Assembly (NCBI GenBank): GCA_964513375.1
Contig: CAZEMO010000005.1
Location: 65,175 to 129,174, forward strand
Length of the DNA stretch: 64,000 nt
Source: an uncultured Bacteriovoracaceae bacterium
GTDB taxonomy: Bacteria; Desulfobacterota; Desulfomonilia; UBA1062
Direction: 5' to 3'
The position numbers and the translations under genes were made by a program. Numbering within the stretch: the stretch's first letter is position 1; the number at the start of each line of letters is the position of its first letter. Positions 9,218 to 16,841 of the stretch are shown here, one piece after another. Below the pieces are notes generated by a model, which saw only the letters and a list, made by a program, of their open reading frames with translations, was not told the DNA's origin and ran no database searches.

Positions 9218-10360
9218 CTACTTTTCAAGAACAAGCACTGCATGATGCTGGCCTGCACCGCCGGTGGTACTCTGGACAACAGCACATTTGACGCCTTTGG
9301 CCTGGCGTTTGCCAGCCTTGCCCTGGAGCTGCAGCACCGCCTCAGCAGCCCTGTACATGCCGCCGATCACCAACGGTGAACCGCAAAGCATGCCACCAGA
9401 ACGGTTTACATTGTATTTATCAAGCAAGCCTTCATCTATGAATTCTCCGCCCTTTCCCTCATCAGCCAACCCCAGGCCCTCAAGCCACATGGGCTGCTGG
9501 TATGCATAACAATCCATGACCTCGGCAAGTTTGATCGTCTTCTTCGGGTTCTTGATTCCGGCCTTTTTATAGGCGCGTTCGGATGCCTTCTTGAGCGCAA
9601 AGTTGTTCGCAAGGTCGCGGTCACCCAGGAAATAGCTGTCCATGCAGCTTCCAAAGCCTGTTATCCACACGGGATTATCGGTGAACTCGTGAGCCCTTTC
9701 TTCCGAAGCAAGGAGAAACGCCACCGCACCGTCGGATACGGGATAGATATGGTTTTTCCTGATCGGATCGCAGACCATCGGCGAATACATTACGTCACCG
9801 AGATCAAGCTGTTTCGTTTCATTCGCATAAGGATTCTTTGCCGCCCATTGATGTGCACGTACAACAACCTTGGCAAGATGCTCCTCGGTTATGCCGGACT
9901 TCGCCGCATAGGCCCTTGCCTGAAGCGCCGCAACATTAAGAAAATCCAGCCCTATCGGTCTCCCATAGAACGGATCATAGGCAAGGCTTGAACATAAAAG
10001 GCGGCTTTCAGGCTGGCTTTCCTTTGAGTGGCCAGCCATATAGACGACACTGTCATGGCCGGATAGTATCATGCTTGCGGCATAACCGAATCCGTTCAGG
10101 CCTTCCTGCGCCATCTTCTCCTCTCCCCTGTAATGCCCGCCGACCGCATCGGTAATACCGTTGTTTGAGATCGTCCTGGCATCGAACACGTCGTCGGAAC
10201 AAGTTACTATGTTCCTGACACCATTTTTTTCATCGTAGGTGAAACCGGTCTGGGAACGTATGTCATCCATAACGTCTATAAGCATTCCTTGAAAACGCTT
10301 ATACCAGATGTCCGGTTCAATTTTGTGCTGGGCAACTGCACAGATAGCAACCCTCTTCAT
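9218..10360 (-). CDS. SCP-x-type thiolase-fold protein lacking the nucleophile Cys
   Basis: 380 aa, MKRVAICAVAQHK... with NRSGG and MDCYA motifs. No Cys at the aligned nucleophile position. Confidence 0.7.
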   Translation of the reverse strand: MKRVAICAVAQHKIEPDIWYKRFQGMLIDVMDDIRSQTGFTYDEKNGVRNIVTCSDDVFDARTISNNGITDAVGGHYRGEEKMAQEGLNGFGYAASMILSGHDSVVYMAGHSKESQPESRLLCSSLAYDPFYGRPIGLDFLNVAALQARAYAAKSGITEEHLAKVVVRAHQWAAKNPYANETKQLDLGDVMYSPMVCDPIRKNHIYPVSDGAVAFLLASEERAHEFTDNPVWITGFGSCMDSYFLGDRDLANNFALKKASERAYKKAGIKNPKKTIKLAEVMDCYAYQQPMWLEGLGLADEGKGGEFIDEGLLDKYNVNRSGGMLCGSPLVIGGMYRAAEAVLQLQGKAGKRQAKGVKCAVVQSTTGGAGQHHAVLVLEK

Positions 10361-10391
10361 TTCTGAACCTCCTTGGATTGTTATAAAGCCA

Positions 10392-10973
10392 TCATGCGAT
10401 GACCATTTTTCTTGCCGGCGTCCTTACATAGCAGCATTCAAAGTCGCCGTTTTTTATAGCCTTTATGATCGAGTCTTTTTTCTTCGTCGAATCGAGCTCT
10501 ATCCATGCCCTCCCGCATCCGATAATGCTGTGGGAGTCATCGGTTGCAACCTTTGGATAGGGTATATCTTCAGTGTCGTATTCTTTTGTCAGAAAACCAT
10601 GATGTGTAATCTCGACTGCATCAATGTTCAGACCCTTTGAAACATCTTCAATAGCCTCCAGGGTATGCCTTATGGAAAAATTATTTTCACCCGGATGATT
10701 GAAGGTATGAAGTATTTCCTTTTCGCCTTCAATACGGCTGACATGAACATAACCCCAGCGGGTGCTTACTGTAAGTTCAATTCCTGAAAAAACAATCATC
10801 TTGGTTTTTACACTTTTGATAGAATCACGATAGTTTGACTTCAAAAGATGGTCATGGTCGGTATATGCGATAAAGTCGAATCCCAGTCCTGAATATGCAT
10901 CCGCAACCTGCTGATGGGTCAGCCTTCCGTCTGAGGAAGTCGTATGGATATGTATCTGGCCTTTCAGATGCAT
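10392..10973 (-). CDS. Small PHP-domain metal-dependent phosphoesterase
   Basis: 193 aa with HIHTTSSDG and AYTDHDH motifs typical of PHP (polymerase/histidinol phosphatase) domains. It is the first gene of the minus-strand catabolic operon. Confidence 0.55.
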   Translation of the reverse strand: MHLKGQIHIHTTSSDGRLTHQQVADAYSGLGFDFIAYTDHDHLLKSNYRDSIKSVKTKMIVFSGIELTVSTRWGYVHVSRIEGEKEILHTFNHPGENNFSIRHTLEAIEDVSKGLNIDAVEITHHGFLTKEYDTEDIPYPKVATDDSHSIIGCGRAWIELDSTKKKDSIIKAIKNGDFECCYVRTPARKMVIA

Positions 10974-11055
10974 CGGCAGATACCCATCATTAAGTCAAAC
11001 ATTCTGACTGTTGCTTTGCGACTTGATTCTTTCTTGTCAAAGCACATACCAGATC

Positions 11056-11643
11056 TCATACCTTTGCCCCGTTTAGAAACACGCTTATGATAGCATTCGT
11101 GGCGCGAATTTTTCTGTCATTTGAAAGCTTCTCATTACCCAGCACTACAACAGACATAAAAGCTTCAATTGCACCCAGGAAAATATAAGTCAGGTAATGA
11201 GGCGCAACATCGTTTCTAAGAAATTTTTTCTTCTGTCCGATAACCATTATATGTTCGAACATCTCAAAGAGCTTCCTGAATCTGGAAAGCCCTCTTGCCG
11301 TATGGTACACCGAGCTTCTGGAAACTTCAGTCACAAAGATCGCCATCAGGTTAGGATTGGTCTCGTAGGTATCAAGGAAAAAATTCATTATATTTCTAAG
11401 CTTGTTCTCGAACTCATCTTCTCCCGCCTTTACCCGCTCAAGCATTTCGTAAAGATTTTTCCACCAAGATTCGACAATAACATCGAAAAGAACTTCCTTG
11501 CTTGAGAAATAATGATAAACAAGACCGTATGAAACTCCTGCGCGGTTGGCTATATCAGCCATTCGGGTATTGGCGAATGCCTTGTCCCTGAAGACCTTCA
11601 ATGCAGCATCAACTATGATTTTCTGCTTATCATCTTTAGCCAT
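11056..11643 (-). CDS. TetR/AcrR family transcriptional regulator
   Basis: N-terminal HTH MADIANRAGVSYGLVYHYFSSKE. The track ORF begins at a TTG, so the start was placed at the in-frame ATG (MAKDDKQ). Confidence 0.8.
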   Translation of the reverse strand: MAKDDKQKIIVDAALKVFRDKAFANTRMADIANRAGVSYGLVYHYFSSKEVLFDVIVESWWKNLYEMLERVKAGEDEFENKLRNIMNFFLDTYETNPNLMAIFVTEVSRSSVYHTARGLSRFRKLFEMFEHIMVIGQKKKFLRNDVAPHYLTYIFLGAIEAFMSVVVLGNEKLSNDRKIRATNAIISVFLNGAKV

Positions 11644-11666
11644 AAAGGAGAGGGTAGCTAAAGTTG

Positions 11667-11702
11667 ATTGACATGTCAATTTAATTTTGACATATGAGTC
11701 AA
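11667..11702. promoter_or_regulatory. Candidate TetR operator pair: perfect 14-bp palindrome ATTGACATGTCAAT and a second imperfect TTGAC-N6-GTCAA site, in the tetR / ABC-F divergent promoter region
   Basis: The palindromes are seen directly, 24-60 bp upstream of the tetR start codon. They overlap -35-like TTGACA hexamers. Confidence 0.4.
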
Positions 11703-11806
11703 TTTTTTTATTTCATTATGAAAATTCATTTACATTCGTACCGGCGAACTAAAATAAACCTGTACGATTGACAGCATCTTTATGATCTTATAGCTACAGT
11801 AAGCAT

Positions 11807-13666
11807 ATGATCAGCATAGATAATCTTTGGAAAACGTATGGGAAGCACATACTTTTTGAAGGTGCAAGCTTCAAGCTTAATCAGAAAGAAAAAGCAGGAC
11901 TAGTAGGACGCAACGGACACGGCAAAACAACACTGCTTAGGATTATTACAGGCGAAGATGCCCCGGATCAAGGCTCTGTAACGATCCCGCGCAACTACCG
12001 CATAGGCTACGTGAGACAGCAGCTTAGTTTCACCGAAGACACCATAATTAAAGAAGGCATGAATGGCCTGATCGAGTCAGAAAAAGAAGATTCGTGGAAG
12101 GTCGAGAAGGTGCTTGCGGGCCTGGGTTTTCAGCAGTCTGACATGAACAGGAACCCTCTTGAATTTTCCGGCGGTTACCAGATCAGGCTCAACCTTGCCA
12201 AAGTGCTCGTTTCCGAACCTGACCTGCTGCTGCTCGACGAACCGACAAACTATCTCGACATCACATCAATAAGGTGGATTGAAAAGTTTCTTCAGGCCTG
12301 GCCACGGGAACTTATGCTTATTACACACGACCGTGGTTTCATGGATAAGGTCATTACGCATACCATAGGCATTCACAGGAAGAAACTACGCAAAATCCCA
12401 GGCACCACCGAGAAATATTACACGCAGATTGCCCAGGATGAAGAGATATATGAAAAAACAAGACTGAATGATGAAAGAAAAAGAAAAGAAGTCGAGCTTT
12501 TCATTACACGATTCAGGGCGAAAGCCCGGCTTGCAGGACTTGTACAGTCAAGGGTGAAGGCACTGGAAAAGCAGGAGAAGAAAACCAAGCTTGAAAATCT
12601 GAAATTACTCGAATTCAGTTTCAGAGAAAAAGAATATAATGGTAAATATGTCCTGAGTGCAAAAAACATAAGTTTTTGCTTTAATGAGGCTAATCCGCTG
12701 ATTGATGGCCTTGATATCACCATCGGCGCACATGATAAAATTTGCGTTGTCGGCCAGAACGGAAAGGGAAAGACTACCCTTCTCCGGCTGATTGCAGGCA
12801 ATCTCAAGCAGACCACGGGTGAATTTATCTGGAATAAAGGTGTTGAATGGTCTTTTTTTGAACAGACAAATATCGGCACGCTTGCTGACAAACGTACCAT
12901 TGAAGAAGAAATAATGACTTCCGCTCCAGATATCGACAGGCAGACGGCAAGAAACATCTGCGGCGCAATGCTTTTTGAGGGTGATGATGCGCTAAAAAGA
13001 ATTGCCGTTCTTTCAGGCGGTGAAAAAAGCAGGGTCATGCTTGGAAAAATCCTTGCAACTCCTGTTAATATGCTTCTTCTCGATGAACCGACAAACCATC
13101 TCGACATGGAATCCTGCGATGCCCTGCTGGCTGCAATTGACAGTTTTGACGGTGCCGTGGTTCTTGTAACGCATAATGAGATGTTTCTGCACGCTCTGGC
13201 AGAAAGGCTCATAGTTTTTCAGGATGGTAAATCTTTTGTATTCGAGGGCAGCTATCAGGATTTTCTCGATAAGGGTGGATGGGGAGACGAAGAAACACCA
13301 TTAAAGACCGACCAGCCTTTAAACTATTCGGATAATATGCCAGGAAAAAAAGAACTCAGAAAGGCACGTTCCCGGATCATTACGGAACGATCAAAAGTGC
13401 TCAGACCACTTGAACAGAAAATGGAAAAAATAGAAAATGAAATTGAAACACTTGAAAAGGAATTGAAAGCAATAAATGAATTAATAGACCTGGCAACCAA
13501 GGAAAGAGACGGGAAAAAGATTGCTGAGCTTTCTGTCACTTTTGCCAGAAACGAAACCAGAATCAACTTTCTGTTTGATGATCTGGACAAGCTTACATCA
13601 GAATACGACAGCCTTAAGACAGTTTTCGAGGAAAGGCTGGACAGTATTATAGAGGATACTCCTTAA
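11807..13666 (+). CDS. ABC-F family ATPase (two ABC cassettes, no TMD, C-terminal coiled-coil; Uup/YheS-like)
   Basis: It has two Walker A motifs (GRNGHGKTT, GQNGKGKTT), two signature motifs (FSGGYQIRL, LSGGEKSRV), an inter-domain linker and a charged coiled-coil tail. Confidence 0.8.
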   Translation: MISIDNLWKTYGKHILFEGASFKLNQKEKAGLVGRNGHGKTTLLRIITGEDAPDQGSVTIPRNYRIGYVRQQLSFTEDTIIKEGMNGLIESEKEDSWKVEKVLAGLGFQQSDMNRNPLEFSGGYQIRLNLAKVLVSEPDLLLLDEPTNYLDITSIRWIEKFLQAWPRELMLITHDRGFMDKVITHTIGIHRKKLRKIPGTTEKYYTQIAQDEEIYEKTRLNDERKRKEVELFITRFRAKARLAGLVQSRVKALEKQEKKTKLENLKLLEFSFREKEYNGKYVLSAKNISFCFNEANPLIDGLDITIGAHDKICVVGQNGKGKTTLLRLIAGNLKQTTGEFIWNKGVEWSFFEQTNIGTLADKRTIEEEIMTSAPDIDRQTARNICGAMLFEGDDALKRIAVLSGGEKSRVMLGKILATPVNMLLLDEPTNHLDMESCDALLAAIDSFDGAVVLVTHNEMFLHALAERLIVFQDGKSFVFEGSYQDFLDKGGWGDEETPLKTDQPLNYSDNMPGKKELRKARSRIITERSKVLRPLEQKMEKIENEIETLEKELKAINELIDLATKERDGKKIAELSVTFARNETRINFLFDDLDKLTSEYDSLKTVFEERLDSIIEDTP

Positions 13667-13929
13667 AACTAAATAATAATATTCTACATTACACGACAAG
13701 TATTGTTCCTCTCTTGAATGAAGATTCAGAACCAATCAGAAAATCCCAAGAACGGCTTTAACAGTCTCGTTACATTGATATGTATAACAGCTTAATAAAT
13801 GACGATAACATACCAGTAACAATTAACAGCTTCTATTTAGGATCAAAATTTATCAGTCAGACATTAGAGCATTTTAATTTAAACAGTCTACAAAGTGGCT
13901 TCAGAAGCTATTCTGTGAGATATTTCTTA

Positions 13930-13958
13930 TTGACAACGCCTTAATGGCATTATAATAA
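13930..13958 (+). promoter_or_regulatory. Sigma70-like promoter candidate upstream of pal (TTGACA ... TATAAT)
   Basis: ttgacaacgccttaatggcattataat sits about 100 bp upstream of the pal start. The spacer is 15-17 nt depending on which -10 hexamer is used. Confidence 0.3.
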
Positions 13959-14061
13959 AAAAATATGGTTATTTTAATCGAATCTGAAACGACCCTTTTT
14001 CTGCTTGACCATCAGATAAGAAAGAGTAATTTACGTAAAAAAACAAAATAGGAGGTATCTG

Positions 14062-14610
14062 ATGAAAAAATCTTACTACAAATCATTTTTAGTACTATTT
14101 ATCGCACTGGCATTTGTTACAGCTGGTTGTGCAAAAAAGGCTGAACCTCCAAAACCGGTTGAAGAAGTAAAAGCTCCTGTTGCAGCGCCTGCCCCGGCGC
14201 CGGAAAAACCGAAAGAAGAAGTAAAGATTCAGACACAGGCCCCAATCCCAAGTCTCGATGATGAAATCAAGGCCCTACAGGAGAGGAACATTTATTTTGA
14301 TTTCGATAAATTCGATCTGAAGCAGGAATCGCAGGATATATTGAATCAGAATGCCATCTTCCTCAAGGCATATCCTAATGTAACAATTCAAATAGCCGGG
14401 AATTGTGATGAAAGAGGCACTGTAGAATACAACCTGGCATTGGGCGAGAGAAGGGCGAAAGCAGCCATGGACTTCCTTGTTACTCTTGGCATAGAGAAAG
14501 AACGCATCTCCACAATAAGCTACGGCAAAGAGAAACCTCTAGATCCGGGACATACGGAAGAAGCTTGGGCCAAAAACAGAAATGATCAGTTCGTAATAAT
14601 TAACAAATAA
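14062..14610 (+). CDS. pal: Peptidoglycan-associated lipoprotein Pal (OmpA-family C-terminal domain)
   Basis: It has a lipoprotein signal (LAFVTAGC), a Pro/Ala-rich linker and an OmpA-like domain (NIYFDFDKFDL...IAGNCDERGTVEYNLALGERRA). An AGGAGGT SD is present. Confidence 0.8.
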   Translation: MKKSYYKSFLVLFIALAFVTAGCAKKAEPPKPVEEVKAPVAAPAPAPEKPKEEVKIQTQAPIPSLDDEIKALQERNIYFDFDKFDLKQESQDILNQNAIFLKAYPNVTIQIAGNCDERGTVEYNLALGERRAKAAMDFLVTLGIEKERISTISYGKEKPLDPGHTEEAWAKNRNDQFVIINK

Positions 14611-14657
14611 AACAGTTAACAGGACAACAAAAATAAAAATTTAAAGGAGATAGCGGT

Positions 14658-14909
14658 ATGAGTAAGTGGATCAATCTAGCAGTAGCATTACTTGTTGTTT
14701 TCGCAGTATCAGTTTCATTGGGTTGCGCAAAGAAGGAAGAGGCACCGGCGCCAGCAGCAACAGAGCAGGCTATTCCGGCTCCTGAAGCAGCTCCGGCTCC
14801 TGAAGCAGCTCCGGCTCCTGAAGCAGCTCCGGCTCCTGATGCAGCTCCGGCTCCTGATGCAGCTCCGGCTCCTGATGCAGCAGCTCCAGAAGCACCACCA
14901 GCGAAGTAA
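14658..14909 (+). CDS. Small lipoprotein with tandem (E/D)AAPAP hexapeptide repeats; resembles the Pal N-terminus without the OmpA domain
   Basis: Lipobox VSVSLGCAKKEE as in Pal, followed by EAAPAP x3 and DAAPAP x2-3. An AAAGGAG SD is present and a strong terminator follows. Confidence 0.6.
   Translation: MSKWINLAVALLVVFAVSVSLGCAKKEEAPAPAATEQAIPAPEAAPAPEAAPAPEAAPAPDAAPAPDAAPAPDAAAPEAPPAK
14784..14873 (+). repeat. Five perfect 18-bp tandem repeats (gaagcagctccggctcct x3, gatgcagctccggctcct x2) with degenerate flanking units
   Basis: Counted directly in the sequence. They encode the hexapeptide repeats of the small lipoprotein. Confidence 0.85.
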
Positions 14910-14923
14910 GAGATCATTAATGC

Positions 14924-14962
14924 AAAGCCCCCTTGTTTTTTAAAAGCAAGGGGGCTTTTTTT
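14924..14962. terminator. Rho-independent terminator (aaagccccctt-loop-aagggggcttt + T7), probably bidirectional for the lipoprotein gene and convergent leuD
   Basis: A perfect 11-bp GC-rich stem is followed by TTTTTTT on the plus strand. A weaker T-tract follows on the minus strand. Confidence 0.7.
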
Positions 14963-15057
14963 GTCTGGATTCAGTATTGATTCATCATTTTTTTCTGCAA
15001 TATACTCTATTGAAATGATATTGAGGCATTAACAGTTCATTTACATTTTTCCTTAAA

Positions 15058-15558
15058 TCAGATGTTGTGCCGCTTCTTGATATGCTCAATAAGCCCACCA
15101 TCTTCCACAAGCTCTTTAATAAAATCAGGCAACCTGTTGGAAATGTACTTTTTGCCCGTTGTAATGTTTCTGATTACTCCCTCATCTGCATTCACATCCA
15201 AGATATCACCTTCTTTAATGTCCCTTGAAGCTTCAACAGAAATTAATATGGGAAGCCCCATGTTGAAGCTGTTCCGAAGAAATATCCGGGCAAAGCTCTC
15301 TGCAATAACACAGCTTATACCTGCGGCTTTGATTGCTATCGGTGCATGCTCCCTGGATGATCCGCAGCCGAAATTTTTTCCGGCTACAATAATATCTCCA
15401 TCGCTAATTTTTGATGAAAAATCAGCGTCAGCATCTTCCATGACATGCAGTTTCAGTATATCCGGGTCAGAATTGTTAAGATATCTGGCTGGAATTATTG
15501 CATCCGTATCTATATCGTCTCCGAAGACAAATGCCTTACCCTTCATCTCGCTAATCAT
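15058..15558 (-). CDS. leuD: 3-isopropylmalate dehydratase small subunit
   Basis: 166 aa with MKGKAFVFGDDIDTDAIIPARYL. The start is coupled to the leuC stop as TAATG. Confidence 0.85.
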   Translation of the reverse strand: MISEMKGKAFVFGDDIDTDAIIPARYLNNSDPDILKLHVMEDADADFSSKISDGDIIVAGKNFGCGSSREHAPIAIKAAGISCVIAESFARIFLRNSFNMGLPILISVEASRDIKEGDILDVNADEGVIRNITTGKKYISNRLPDFIKELVEDGGLIEHIKKRHNI

Positions 15559-16820
15559 TACATCACCTCCACGGGTGATGATATTTTGCCTGTAATTGCT
15601 GATGCGGCGGCTATTGCGGGTCCGGCAAGATAGACCTCGCTTGTCCTGTGCCCCATTCTGCCTACAAAGTTACGGTTAGTGGTTGAGACAGCGCGCTCTC
15701 CTTCCGCTAGAATACCCATGTGCCCGCCCAGGCACGGTCCGCACGTCGGCGGTCCAAGCACTGCACCCGCTTCAAGGAATATCCTGAGCAGCCCTTCTTC
15801 CTCCGCTTTCAGAAACACTTCAGGAGTTGCTGGAAGGACAATGCAGCGTACATATTTGTCAACACGCTTATTCTTCATAATTTCTGCAGCGATTCTTAAA
15901 TCTTCAATCCTGCCGTTTGTACACGAACCGATTATAACCTGATCGATTCTGATAACACCTACCTCACTTATCCCTCTTGCCTTTTCAGGCAGATGGGGGA
16001 ACGAAACCTGGGGTTCGATATTTGCACAATCATATTCATATACCGATTCATAATTTGCATCTTCGTCGCTTTCATATATCGTGTATGGCCTCGTCGCCCT
16101 GCTTTCCACATAGGAAACCGTCTTCTCATCGGCCTGAATTATTCCTGATTTGGCACCAGCCTCTATCGCCATATTTGCAATGGTAAGCCTTCCACTCAGA
16201 TCAAGCGCATCTATTGCCTCGCCTGATATTTCCATTGTCTTGTAAAGTGCACCGTCAACTCCTATCTTTCCGATCAGGTATAAAATGAGATCTTTGCCTC
16301 CGACCCAGGGCATTAGTTTACCGTTAAAAACAAATTTCATGGTCTCAGGCACCATAAACCATACCTGACCGGTAATCATTGCTGCAGCAATGTCAGTGCT
16401 GCCGACTCCTGTTGCAAATGCTCCAAGTCCGCCGTATGTGCAGGTATGGCTATCCGCCCCTATAACAACATCGCCCGGAAGTGCAAGACCTTTCTCCGGC
16501 AGAAGTGCATGTTCAACGCCGCAGTTTCCGCCATCAAAAAAGTTTTTTACCCCGTGCTTTCCTGCAAATTCCCTTATCAGCTTACATTGATTAGCCGAGT
16601 CTATATCTTTATTCGGAGTAAAGTGATCGAGCACGAATACGATCATGTCAGGATCATGCAAATCTTTAAATCCTGAATTCTCGAATTCCCTGATAGCTAT
16701 GGGAGCGGTTATATCATTAGCCAGTGCATTATCTACAGAAAGGCGGATAAATTCACCCGGTACAATCTTCTTCCCTTCAATATGTGCGGACAGTATTTTT
16801 TCGGTTATTGTCATTCCCAA
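15558..16820 (-). CDS. leuC: 3-isopropylmalate dehydratase large subunit (aconitase family, short type)
   Basis: 420 aa with aconitase-family motifs (GSCTNGRIEDLR, Cys ligands). Confidence 0.85.
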   Translation of the reverse strand: MGMTITEKILSAHIEGKKIVPGEFIRLSVDNALANDITAPIAIREFENSGFKDLHDPDMIVFVLDHFTPNKDIDSANQCKLIREFAGKHGVKNFFDGGNCGVEHALLPEKGLALPGDVVIGADSHTCTYGGLGAFATGVGSTDIAAAMITGQVWFMVPETMKFVFNGKLMPWVGGKDLILYLIGKIGVDGALYKTMEISGEAIDALDLSGRLTIANMAIEAGAKSGIIQADEKTVSYVESRATRPYTIYESDEDANYESVYEYDCANIEPQVSFPHLPEKARGISEVGVIRIDQVIIGSCTNGRIEDLRIAAEIMKNKRVDKYVRCIVLPATPEVFLKAEEEGLLRIFLEAGAVLGPPTCGPCLGGHMGILAEGERAVSTTNRNFVGRMGHRTSEVYLAGPAIAAASAITGKISSPVEVM

Positions 16821-16841
16821 TTGAGTATACCCCTTTGCCTG

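Noticed and set aside
12418-13212. 264-aa minus-strand ORF inside the ABC-F gene
   Set aside because: It is antisense to a gene with unmistakable Walker/signature motifs. The translation is Ser/Leu/Arg-rich, which is typical of shadow frames.
13667-14061. 395-bp AT-rich non-coding gap between the ABC-F gene and pal as a possible sRNA locus
   Set aside because: I found no convincing stem-loop/terminator pair or conserved-looking structure by eye, apart from a sigma70-like promoter for pal. I cannot assess this further without comparative data.
14600-14943. Alternative-frame ORFs over the 18-bp repeat array (a 105-aa minus-strand GAASGAGAAS repeat protein and an 83-aa plus-strand QLRLLKQLRLL protein)
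   Set aside because: Any tandem DNA repeat yields repetitive ORFs in all frames. Only the +1 frame (14658-14909) has a lipoprotein signal, an SD and a terminator.
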